From: a virus
IMG/VR virus record: IMGVR_UViG_3300028895_000250
Length of the DNA: 37,578 nucleotides
Direction: 5' to 3' (one strand)
Shown piece by piece: positions 25,801 to 32,865 of this stretch. How positions within the stretch are numbered: the first letter of the stretch is position 1; the number at the start of each line of letters is the position of its first letter. The position numbers were made by a program, and so were the translations under genes. The notes under the pieces were generated by a model. That model ran no database searches, had not been told where the DNA came from, and saw nothing but the letters and a program-made list of their open reading frames with translations.

Positions 25801-25995
25801 TTCTAATATGCGTTCTAATATAGCCGAAATATATTGGTGTAACGTGGTAAATATTGGTACAATTCTTACCCCGTTCTATTGTGGACATTTGCAGTATAAC
25901 TGGTTGTCGTGTATACGGATAAATTAAAAGCGGGTGATGGGAGTCGAACCCGATGTTTCCCGTGAAACACAATCACTTACGGCGCGTTCTAATAT
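25801..25995. other. Candidate attP region with arm-type direct repeats
   Basis: TTCTAATAT at 25801..25809, 25813..25821 and 25987..25995 (12-mer GCGTTCTAATAT at 25810 and 25984). ATATTGGT at 25831 and 25851. AT-rich, and flanks a tRNA-like core next to int. Confidence 0.6.
25929..25951 (-). other. tRNA 3'-end-like fragment (T-loop plus acceptor strand); candidate attP core
   Basis: Minus strand reads GGGTTCGACTCCCATCACCCGCT, which is GTTCGAnTCC-type T-loop followed by a 7-nt acceptor strand and a U discriminator. The upstream half does not complete a T stem or anticodon arm, so it is not a full tRNA. Confidence 0.55.
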
Positions 25996-27049
25996 TTGAT
26001 TGCCCGGGCAGCTTATTAATGGCTTTCTGAAGGTCGGATTGATCTAAATGGCTGTACTGCAATGTTGTTTCGTATCGCTTGTGTCGGGCCAGCTTTTGCA
26101 CTATCGGCAGCGACACACCCGCCCGCACCAGCCGTGTGCAGTAGGTATGGCGCAGGGTATGGATATTGGCACCGTCAATTCCAAATTTCCGATATAACGC
26201 GATTACGCGGCGATACCAGACCTCAGAGAAATACAGGGGATGATTGGTGCCTTTGTCGAAGATATATCGCCCAGCGCGTTCTAATGACCTCAGGACGGCA
26301 GATAATTGGGGTGCCAGCGGTATGGTTTCCGGTGTCCGGCCTTTGGGGGCAAAGCCGGTTTTGGCCGCGATAGTGATTGTCATCTGATCGAAGTTGATAT
26401 CAGACCATTCCAGGTGGATGATTTCCGCCCGGCGAAGTCCGGCCAGATAGCCGATCATGCAAAACTCGCGGTAGGGCGAAGGGAATTTGGTTTCGATGAT
26501 CTTGATTTCTTTTTCGGACAGGGCGCGGATCTGCGGCGTGGCGTTTTTCTTCGGCAGTTTCACTTTCGCCATCGGATTGCGATTGAGCCGACCCTCTTGT
26601 ACCTGCACATTCAGGAAATGGCGTAGCACTTCAAGGTATCGGCGCACGGTAGTTGCTGTACAGGATGAACCTTTCCAGCTTTTGAATTGGTTGATGGACG
26701 CAGGTGTCAGGTCTGATAGGCACAAAATCCCCCGGCTCACGAAATACTGCCGGAGAATTTCTACCCGGCTGTAGTTTGATTTGTGGGTGCTGGCTGTGTT
26801 TTCGGCCGCGGACCGTTTCAGGTAGTCGGTCAAAAGTGATGCCAGTTGACTATCATCTTTCGGCTTATCCTTTTTGTGGGCCTGCTTCCACTGATTAAAG
26901 TATTTGCGGGCTTCCTTTTGCGTGACGATCTTGCGGCCCAGGTCGGCATAGGCGGAAAGTGATATCCATTTATATTTTCCGTCGATATACTCCACGACAT
27001 AGGGATAGACCTTGCCGGCGCCTGTTTTCTTCCAGTGGAGGGATGCCAT
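25973..27049 (-). CDS. int: Tyrosine recombinase / phage integrase
   Basis: LAGLRRAEI (Arg box), HTLRHTYCTRLV (H-x-x-R), TTLQYSHL (catalytic Tyr). N-terminal SAM-like domain. Confidence 0.92.
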   Translation of the reverse strand: MASLHWKKTGAGKVYPYVVEYIDGKYKWISLSAYADLGRKIVTQKEARKYFNQWKQAHKKDKPKDDSQLASLLTDYLKRSAAENTASTHKSNYSRVEILRQYFVSRGILCLSDLTPASINQFKSWKGSSCTATTVRRYLEVLRHFLNVQVQEGRLNRNPMAKVKLPKKNATPQIRALSEKEIKIIETKFPSPYREFCMIGYLAGLRRAEIIHLEWSDINFDQMTITIAAKTGFAPKGRTPETIPLAPQLSAVLRSLERAGRYIFDKGTNHPLYFSEVWYRRVIALYRKFGIDGANIHTLRHTYCTRLVRAGVSLPIVQKLARHKRYETTLQYSHLDQSDLQKAINKLPGQSNIRTRRK

Positions 27050-27477
27050 TATTGTTGAATCGCGGTGATTTTTGCGCTGTCCGGCGGCATACCGGCCGGA
27101 CGCCAGGTATACACATACGATGTCTTTTTAAGGTATTCGCGGTATACCCATTGGACGCGAGTACCCTCCGCTGTTGTGGTTACGTTCGCTGTGCCTTCAA
27201 TAGGCGACGGCGCACCCCAAGAGCAGAACATTCCGAACGCGGTCATACCGACGGCGATTTTATTTTTTTCGATCAACTCCCATTCGTTTTCCGGTATTAC
27301 GCCCCGGCGTTCGAGCTCTGGTCTGATCTTATCTTTGCGGGTGTGGTGGTAGGCATAGCAGAGTTCGGCTGTCGGCAACGCCAGCAATTTTTCCTCAGAC
27401 ATTAATTTGTAATGGACGATTGATCCCGCACACCCGGCCAGCATGAACACCAACAATATCAATATGATTACTCGCAT
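27049..27477 (-). CDS. Lipoprotein (142 aa), translationally coupled to int; candidate lysogenic-conversion or superinfection-exclusion factor
   Basis: Lipobox MLAGC|AGS, AGGAGA RBS, and a stop that overlaps the int ATG (TAATG). Confidence 0.75.
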   Translation of the reverse strand: MRVIILILLVFMLAGCAGSIVHYKLMSEEKLLALPTAELCYAYHHTRKDKIRPELERRGVIPENEWELIEKNKIAVGMTAFGMFCSWGAPSPIEGTANVTTTAEGTRVQWVYREYLKKTSYVYTWRPAGMPPDSAKITAIQQ

Positions 27478-27681
27478 ATGATTCTCCTGTGATTATCATC
27501 TGATTGCTCTTGACAAGAATACCCCTATACTTATATTGGTTTTAATCTGTAACTTGAGGGGCGCACCACGCACGGACCACTACCCCCCCCTACCTGTTGG
27601 CCGGGCAACCAGGTTAAAACCCGACAAGCAACTGGAAGCTGATTTTCAAGATCGGGGTACGGCAGTATGGATGCCGACGAA

Positions 27682-28071
27682 TTAGCCACCACCTTGTTTC
27701 TCCTTTGTATCGAACGCCGCACGAGCCAATTGATCGAAGACCTCATCGTCGGTGAGGTCGTACTTGTCGAGCATCCCGGCCTTACGGAAGTCGGCGATCA
27801 TGGCGTTGCGAAGTAGCTCTTTATACTGATCCGGCGGGTCTTCGCCGGTGAATAGCCAATCGAGGGTCTTGCCGTAGAGCCGGGCGGCCTTCATGGCGAA
27901 ATTGATCTGCGGGTAAGTATCGCCCTTGATCCACGAGCCGACGGTAGTTTCAGAAACCGACTCATCTTCAGAGCACAGCATTTCGGTGAACCGCTTGTTG
28001 ATCCCACCGGCAATGGCGTCCCGAATCTCCGCCAATCGCTTCCCTATCTCTAAAGTCTCCTGATTTTGCAT
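27682..28071 (-). CDS. XRE/CI-like HTH repressor (129 aa)
   Basis: HTH region SETTVGSWIKGDTYPQINFAMKAARLYGKTLDWLFTGE. Divergent from the early operon. The longer track ORF (to 28434) was rejected because its extension crosses the promoter region and overlaps two plus-strand genes. Confidence 0.8.
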   Translation of the reverse strand: MQNQETLEIGKRLAEIRDAIAGGINKRFTEMLCSEDESVSETTVGSWIKGDTYPQINFAMKAARLYGKTLDWLFTGEDPPDQYKELLRNAMIADFRKAGMLDKYDLTDDEVFDQLARAAFDTKEKQGGG

Positions 28072-28147
28072 CGGTTTGAATGTTAAAGAGTTACGCTGTA
28101 TTAGCAAGAAATATTTTATTTTTTTTGCAAATAATATTAAAAATTCC

Positions 28148-28176
28148 TTGACAGAATCCGATAGATTGGATATATA
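28148..28176 (+). promoter_or_regulatory. Early rightward promoter (PR-like): TTGACA-17 nt-TATATA
   Basis: Consensus -35 at 28148..28153 and -10 at 28171..28176, 20 nt upstream of the ATG at 28196, which has an AAGGA RBS. Confidence 0.65.
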
Positions 28177-28195
28177 AAGAAAAAAGGACGGAAAT

Positions 28196-28375
28196 ATGGA
28201 TTTGACATTTAAAAACCGGATTGCCAAATATGGGGAGAAGGCGACCTGCATACCGCTCCCCCATTGGCTCTCGGACCAGCTCCCAATCAACAACGGCCAG
28301 CCGACGGACGGCAAGGCCAAAATTAACAAAGACGGCAAAGTCGAGATCACCATCATCCTGGAACCGGCGGCATAG
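28196..28375 (+). CDS. Small protein in Cro position (59 aa), possibly AbrB/SpoVT-like fold; not in the ORF track (<60 aa)
   Basis: Hand translation: MDLTFKNRIAKYGEKATCIPLPHWLSDQLPINNGQPTDGKAKINKDGKVEITIILEPAA. An RBS is present. It is the first gene after the PR-like promoter, and its TAG stop abuts the next ATG. Confidence 0.55.
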   Translation: MDLTFKNRIAKYGEKATCIPLPHWLSDQLPINNGQPTDGKAKINKDGKVEITIILEPAA

Positions 28376-28552
28376 ATGCCACCGCTGCTGAACAAAAAAC
28401 AGACGGCCAAGCATCTGGGGATCGGCCTGACCACCCTTTATCGCTGGATGAAGTCTGGCGTATTCAGGGTCCCGATGATAGTCGGCACTGGCCGGTACGA
28501 CCAGACCGACGTGGACGCCTGGGTTGAATCTCGAAAGCGTGGTGGCCAATGA
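28376..28552 (+). CDS. Excisionase-family (HTH_17/AlpA-like) DNA-binding protein (58 aa); not in the ORF track
   Basis: Hand translation: MPPLLNKKQTAKHLGIGLTTLYRWMKSGVFRVPMIVGTGRYDQTDVDAWVESRKRGGQ. This is the typical Xis/AlpA pattern. Confidence 0.7.
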   Translation: MPPLLNKKQTAKHLGIGLTTLYRWMKSGVFRVPMIVGTGRYDQTDVDAWVESRKRGGQ

Positions 28553-29033
28553 ATCACCTCCGGCTAAAATTCCTGCCGCTGGCGGTAGGGCTTGAGGTTT
28601 GAAGGTCCGAGCCGGAGGACCGGCGGCAGAAAATATTACGGAGCATTAAATGATTTGTTTGAGTGTAAATAGTAAACCTGCGGAAGGCAACGGCTTGGGG
28701 GGCTTTTCCGCACTGTTGGAAGTTGTCAGGAAAGGAGGCCGCTATGCGGCGGAGGGTCTAAAACCGCCTATACCATCACAGAAACGGTGCAAAAAATATC
28801 TATATGCTAAGGTTTATCCGAACAGCCCCGGCACGAACGGCTCCCGCCGGGGCGTTGAAAAATTCCGCCGACCGACCTCAGGTTGTGTAGACTTCCCCCC
28901 TATAGGAACTCCGCACGGTAACTGCATTAGTCGGTCGGTTTTAAATATCGCATCCTCCCAGGGTGTAACTGGCGGCGGGGTCGCACCGCATACCGGCGGC
29001 CCCGCTATTCATTCGAAAACGAAAGGAGAATCT
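28553..29033 (+). ncRNA. Candidate structured untranslated region / non-coding RNA in the immediate-early transcript
   Basis: 480 bp with no convincing ORF, since the track ORF from 28650 translates to Gly/Pro/Arg/Ser-rich junk. GC-rich with at least 6 perfect 6-10 bp stems, including a pseudoknot-compatible pair (28557..28565/28610..28618 and 28573..28582/28620..28629). Confidence 0.35.
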
Positions 29034-29240
29034 ATGACCAATAACGAACTAACGCACGTCCATTGGGACGGGCAACATGGCGTCAAATACAAAACGGCGG
29101 ACAGTGATCGGGTGTATCTGTTGGCCGTTCGGCCTGCAATGGGTCGGTTGATCATGAATGCCTGGAATACCAAGAACAACAACCTACTCGACGACGTAAT
29201 GAGCGTGCCTTTGAGGGGGGGAACATGTGCAACTTCCTGA
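29034..29240 (+). CDS. Small hypothetical early protein (68 aa)
   Basis: Strong RBS AAAGGAGA 5 nt before the ATG. Protein-like sequence begins only at this point in the long track ORF. Confidence 0.6.
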   Translation: MTNNELTHVHWDGQHGVKYKTADSDRVYLLAVRPAMGRLIMNAWNTKNNNLLDDVMSVPLRGGTCATS

Positions 29241-30046
29241 GCGGCTACTGCACAGAAAAACGGGGCTTGCGGTGTTCGCCGTTTGTAGATAGTCACTCCG
29301 ATCAAATAATCATGTTCGGGGATACTGACCTTGATAGCAAGCTACCGCTGGAAATACTTAAGTGGGAAATTACACCGCCGAGAGATTGGGATAAGTTTTT
29401 TGATTCCTCCGCATGGTATTTCCGCATCGATCAAGACGAAATTCCCTCTTGGGCCGATCCTAAAATGGCTGAACATGATGTGCGAGAATATTTACAGAAA
29501 TTACTTGATGATTGCCCTGATATCGGCGACGAAATTAAAATACTCGACGGTCGGTACATTGCGCTACGCGGTGATGGCGTGGTGACAAAATGCAGCGACG
29601 CTACCTACATTAAATACATTCCGAACAAGGCGACCATCAACGATGCTGGGTCTGCGACCATCAAGTATGCTGGGGCTGCGACCATCAACGATGCTGGGTA
29701 TGCGACCATCAAGTATGCTGGGTCTGCGACCATCAAGTATGCTGGGGCTGCGACCATCAACGATGCTGGGTATGCGACCATCAACGATGCTGGGTATGCG
29801 ACCATCAAGTATGCTGGGGCTGCGACCATCAACGATGCTGGGTATGCGACCATCAACGATGCTGGGTATGCGACCATCAAGTATGCTGGGTATGCGACCA
29901 TCAACGATGCTGGGTATGCGACCATCAACGATGCTGGGTATGCGACCATCAAGTATGCTGGGTATGCGACCATCAACGATGCTGGGTATGCGACCATCGA
30001 CGACAAAAAACATATAAACGGTGAACCAATTGAGGTCACAAAATAA
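29225..30046 (+). CDS. Octapeptide tandem-repeat protein (273 aa): unique N-terminal domain plus ~15.6 x ATI(ND/KY)AG(Y/S/A) repeats; beta-solenoid-like
   Basis: A 135-aa non-repetitive N-terminus runs in frame into the 24-bp repeats, with a stop 40 nt after the array. The repeat resembles the AGYGSTxT octapeptide of ice-nucleation proteins. Confidence 0.6.
   Translation: MCNFLSGYCTEKRGLRCSPFVDSHSDQIIMFGDTDLDSKLPLEILKWEITPPRDWDKFFDSSAWYFRIDQDEIPSWADPKMAEHDVREYLQKLLDDCPDIGDEIKILDGRYIALRGDGVVTKCSDATYIKYIPNKATINDAGSATIKYAGAATINDAGYATIKYAGSATIKYAGAATINDAGYATINDAGYATIKYAGAATINDAGYATINDAGYATIKYAGYATINDAGYATINDAGYATIKYAGYATINDAGYATIDDKKHINGEPIEVTK
29630..30004 (+). repeat. 24-bp tandem repeat array, ~15.6 copies, two unit types, 72-bp higher-order period at the 3' end
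   Basis: Units are GCGACCATCAACGATGCTGGGTAT and GCGACCATCAAGTATGCTGGG(TAT/TCT/GCT). 29822..29893 is identical to 29894..29965. Confidence 0.95.
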
Positions 30047-30086
30047 AACCAGCCCGGTGGTGGCCGGGCCGGATGGAGCAAAAACA

Positions 30087-30407
30087 ATGTGTACGCAATA
30101 TAGTACGAAGGAAGCACACGCCGTGGCAACAAAAAAAGATGAGACCATCGGCTTTAGTCTCGCCTACGATTGGGCAATAGCGCACAACTTCACGCTGTAC
30201 ACCCTGTTGGATGACGTTGGGGCGCGGGAGTTTGCCGAACTGTGCTGTATCGCTGATACTCCGCTGGATCGGGTATTACAGTTTCCAGCGAACGACCACA
30301 AAACGGCATTAATCAAACTGGCCGAAGCCGCCGGAATGACCGTCGAATTGTTCTGTGAACTCAACTACAAGTGGATGTTCCGGAATTATGAGATCATGGA
30401 AATCTAA
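30087..30407 (+). CDS. Hypothetical early protein (106 aa)
   Basis: GGAG lies 7 nt before ATG 30087. The 30021 start in the track lies inside the previous gene. Confidence 0.55.
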   Translation: MCTQYSTKEAHAVATKKDETIGFSLAYDWAIAHNFTLYTLLDDVGAREFAELCCIADTPLDRVLQFPANDHKTALIKLAEAAGMTVELFCELNYKWMFRNYEIMEI

Positions 30408-31444
30408 TGCCTAAGTGGCCAAACTACCAACAATTATTCGAGGGTGAAGATATGAGTCCCAACGATAAGCAGCAGATATTGACTCATTCGCGCCTGTCTT
30501 GTTTTCGGGCGTGTCCCAAAAAACATTTCTGGCGATACGAAGTCGGGTTGCGGCCAGACGAAGACTCTCATCCGTTGCGCATCGGTCAGATGTTTCATCG
30601 AGCACTTGAGGCAGATTCCCGCGGCGAGAACATTGAAAATGCTATGGAGGGGATCTCCGATGATTTGTACGATTTGGCATTGGTTGCAGCCATGTTCACC
30701 GGATACAAACGACGGTGGGCAGATGAGCCGCATATTGAAACTGTTGATGTTGAAAAAGCATTTGGTATCCCGCTGGTCAATCCAGACACCGGCGCTTCTA
30801 CTCCAATATGGCAGCTTGCCGGTATTATTGATCGAATTGTCCGCCTGTCGGATGGTCGTATTGCGCTTATGGAACACAAAACAACTTCCCGCGATTTTTC
30901 GTCGGGAGCCGACTACTGGACAAAACTACATCTGGATCAACAGCTATCAATCTATATCGTTGCCGCGCGTGCAATGGGGTACGATATCCAGACGGTACTC
31001 TATGACGTAACCCGGAGACCATCGCTGCGGCCACTTAAAGCAACTCCAGAGGATAAGCGCAAATACAAAAAAGACGGCAGTTTGTACGCCAATCAGCGGG
31101 ATCAAGACGAAACGCCAGCGGAATTTGCGGCAAGGGTTGCTATCGATATAGAAAGTCGACCTGAACACTACTATACCCGAATTGAAATAGCCCGGCCAGA
31201 GCAAGACATCAAGGATTGCCAAGCCGAAGTTTGGCAGCAGCAACTATCAATCCGTGAAGCTCAACGATCCGGGCGCTGGTTTAAAAACCCGGAATCGTGT
31301 TTCAGTTTGAATGGGACGTGTGAATACATTGGGCTTTGTCAGTCTGGAATGTCAGCCGGTGAAGTGCCGCCGGGATTTACCATTGTCGAAGATAAACATC
31401 CGGAATTAAGCCGGATAGATGCCGATGCGGGGCAAGCCGCATAA
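30407..31444 (+). CDS. PD-(D/E)XK exonuclease, RecB/Cas4-like with Cys cluster
   Basis: N-terminal CFRACPKK. Core motifs DRIV...LMEHKTT (D...ExK) and QQLSIY (QxxxY). C-terminal Cys cluster CFSLNGTCEYIGLC. Confidence 0.8.
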   Translation: MPKWPNYQQLFEGEDMSPNDKQQILTHSRLSCFRACPKKHFWRYEVGLRPDEDSHPLRIGQMFHRALEADSRGENIENAMEGISDDLYDLALVAAMFTGYKRRWADEPHIETVDVEKAFGIPLVNPDTGASTPIWQLAGIIDRIVRLSDGRIALMEHKTTSRDFSSGADYWTKLHLDQQLSIYIVAARAMGYDIQTVLYDVTRRPSLRPLKATPEDKRKYKKDGSLYANQRDQDETPAEFAARVAIDIESRPEHYYTRIEIARPEQDIKDCQAEVWQQQLSIREAQRSGRWFKNPESCFSLNGTCEYIGLCQSGMSAGEVPPGFTIVEDKHPELSRIDADAGQAA

Positions 31445-31454
31445 GGAGATTGCA

Positions 31455-32291
31455 ATGTCTACTAGTACAGCGACAAAGAAAGCACCGCCGCCGCCGAAGG
31501 CGAAAAACGGCAACGGCGCACCCAGCCAACCGACTGCCAATACCTCATTTTCAGTGTCAGATGGGGTTATCGGTGGGGCCAACAGGATTTTAGTTTATGG
31601 TCCAGGGGGTATCGGAAAGAGTACGCTCGCATCGTTGGCGCCGAACCCGGTGTTTATTGATGTCGAGAACGGCACCAGAAAATTGAACGTACACCGAGTT
31701 GATGGCGTATCGACGTTTGCCGATCTTCGTGAATGCTTACGGTCTGATGTTCTCAACGAATTTCAGACAGTAGTAATCGACAGTGGAACGAAAGCTGAAG
31801 AATTGGCTGTTGCTCATACCCTGTCGACCGTCCCCCACGAAAAAGGAAAGAAAGTTGATCGGGTCGAGGACTATGGATTCGGCAAAGGATATCAGCACAT
31901 TTACGAAACATTCCTCCTGCTGCTGGCGGATCTGGACATTTTAATTCGCCGCGGGAAAAACGTGGTGTTAATCGCCCATGATTGTGTGGCCGACGTACCG
32001 AATCCGGTCGGCGAAGATTATATTCGCTATGAACCACATTTTCAATCGCCGAAGTCTGGCAAGGCGTCAGTTCGCCATCGTGTTATTCAGTGGGCCGACT
32101 ACGTGCTGTTTTTGGGGTACGACGTAATCTCCGAAGACGGTAAAGGCAAGGGCGCCGGGACGCGGACGATTTTCACCGTCGAACGTCCAGATCATATTGC
32201 AAAATCACGAACAAAAATCGAGCCGCTGGCGTTTGAAAACGAAGTTGATGACGCTATCTGGCAGGCCATCATAGGAGGAAATCAGCAATGA
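31455..32291 (+). CDS. Sak4-like / AAA_24 RecA-fold ATPase (recombination mediator)
   Basis: AAGGAG RBS. Walker A YGPGGIGKST and Walker B VVIDSG. Sits between the exonuclease and the SSB. Confidence 0.75.
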   Translation: MSTSTATKKAPPPPKAKNGNGAPSQPTANTSFSVSDGVIGGANRILVYGPGGIGKSTLASLAPNPVFIDVENGTRKLNVHRVDGVSTFADLRECLRSDVLNEFQTVVIDSGTKAEELAVAHTLSTVPHEKGKKVDRVEDYGFGKGYQHIYETFLLLLADLDILIRRGKNVVLIAHDCVADVPNPVGEDYIRYEPHFQSPKSGKASVRHRVIQWADYVLFLGYDVISEDGKGKGAGTRTIFTVERPDHIAKSRTKIEPLAFENEVDDAIWQAIIGGNQQ

Positions 32292-32809
32292 AATTAGATC
32301 GTGCAGGTCTTTTCAAGGCACGTCCAGTTGAGTGGAGTGTTTTTACCGCCGATAGCGGAGCTGTTGCCATCAACATTCAATTCCGAATTACAGCTATGTA
32401 TGAGGGGGGCGAATGGCAATCATGGGCAGATTACACTGAAATGATTGTCTACGGTGCATATTGGGTGGTAAAGAAAGATAAATCAATCAACACCGGCACT
32501 GTCGACCAACTGGCTAAATCAATTGGGTGGAATGGTGATCTTCGGGCGGTTACGACCCCGGTGCCGGACGTTGAAGTCCAAATCGCTGTCAAAGAAGACG
32601 AGTACGACGGGAAAACTCAGTACAAAGCCGGCTGGATGAATCCTGGGGACTACGTACCTATGCCACAAACATCAGAAGAAGATGTCAGCAAGCTACATGG
32701 TCAATTCGGATCGTTATTAAAAGCTGCTGCTGGAGCTGCCTTAGAGGAACAGACAAAACAAAAACCGCCAGCAGGAAAAAAAGAAGAAGGCGACGATTTG
32801 CCGTTTTAG
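32288..32809 (+). CDS. Single-stranded DNA-binding-like protein with acidic C-terminal tip
   Basis: C-terminus EEGDDLPF matches the SSB tip motif (D-D-[DI]-[IL]-P-F). Position follows the Sak4-like gene. Confidence 0.6.
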   Translation: MKLDRAGLFKARPVEWSVFTADSGAVAINIQFRITAMYEGGEWQSWADYTEMIVYGAYWVVKKDKSINTGTVDQLAKSIGWNGDLRAVTTPVPDVEVQIAVKEDEYDGKTQYKAGWMNPGDYVPMPQTSEEDVSKLHGQFGSLLKAAAGAALEEQTKQKPPAGKKEEGDDLPF

Positions 32810-32865
32810 CGTAGCCAACGCCGTGAACTCCCCCGGCCACACGGTCGGGGGAGAAAGGAAGCGCG

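Noticed and set aside
25929-25975. A complete tRNA gene next to int
   Set aside because: Only the T-loop and 3' acceptor strand are tRNA-like. The 5' side does not complete the T stem (C-A and U-U mismatches), and there is no 7-nt anticodon loop or D arm. It was treated as an attP core fragment.
28072-28434. Upstream extension of the repressor ORF (27682..28434) and antisense ORF 28091..28549
   Set aside because: The extensions run through the AT-rich divergent promoter region. They lie antisense to two well-formed plus-strand genes (RBS, HTH motifs). The HTH repressor sequence starts at the internal ATG at 28071.
28650-29033. N-terminal 128 codons of track ORF 28650..29240
   Set aside because: The translation is Gly/Pro/Arg/Ser-rich with no protein-like pattern and there is no RBS at 28650. 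A strong AAAGGAGA RBS precedes the internal ATG at 29034.
29630-30004. The 24-bp tandem array as a CRISPR array or a type III toxin-antitoxin RNA repeat (ToxI-like)
   Set aside because: The units are directly adjacent with no spacers, so it is not CRISPR. The array is in frame with a 135-aa unique N-terminal coding region and every unit is a multiple of 3. The downstream 106-aa ORF shows no ToxN-like features, and the hairpin at 30052..30069 lacks a U tract. The RNA-repeat idea cannot be fully excluded without expression data.
29564-30148. Minus-strand and alternative-frame ORFs across the repeat (29564..30148, 29605..30132, 29643..30017)
   Set aside because: They are open only because a stop-free 24-bp unit is iterated. 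They have no unique flanking coding sequence and no RBS.
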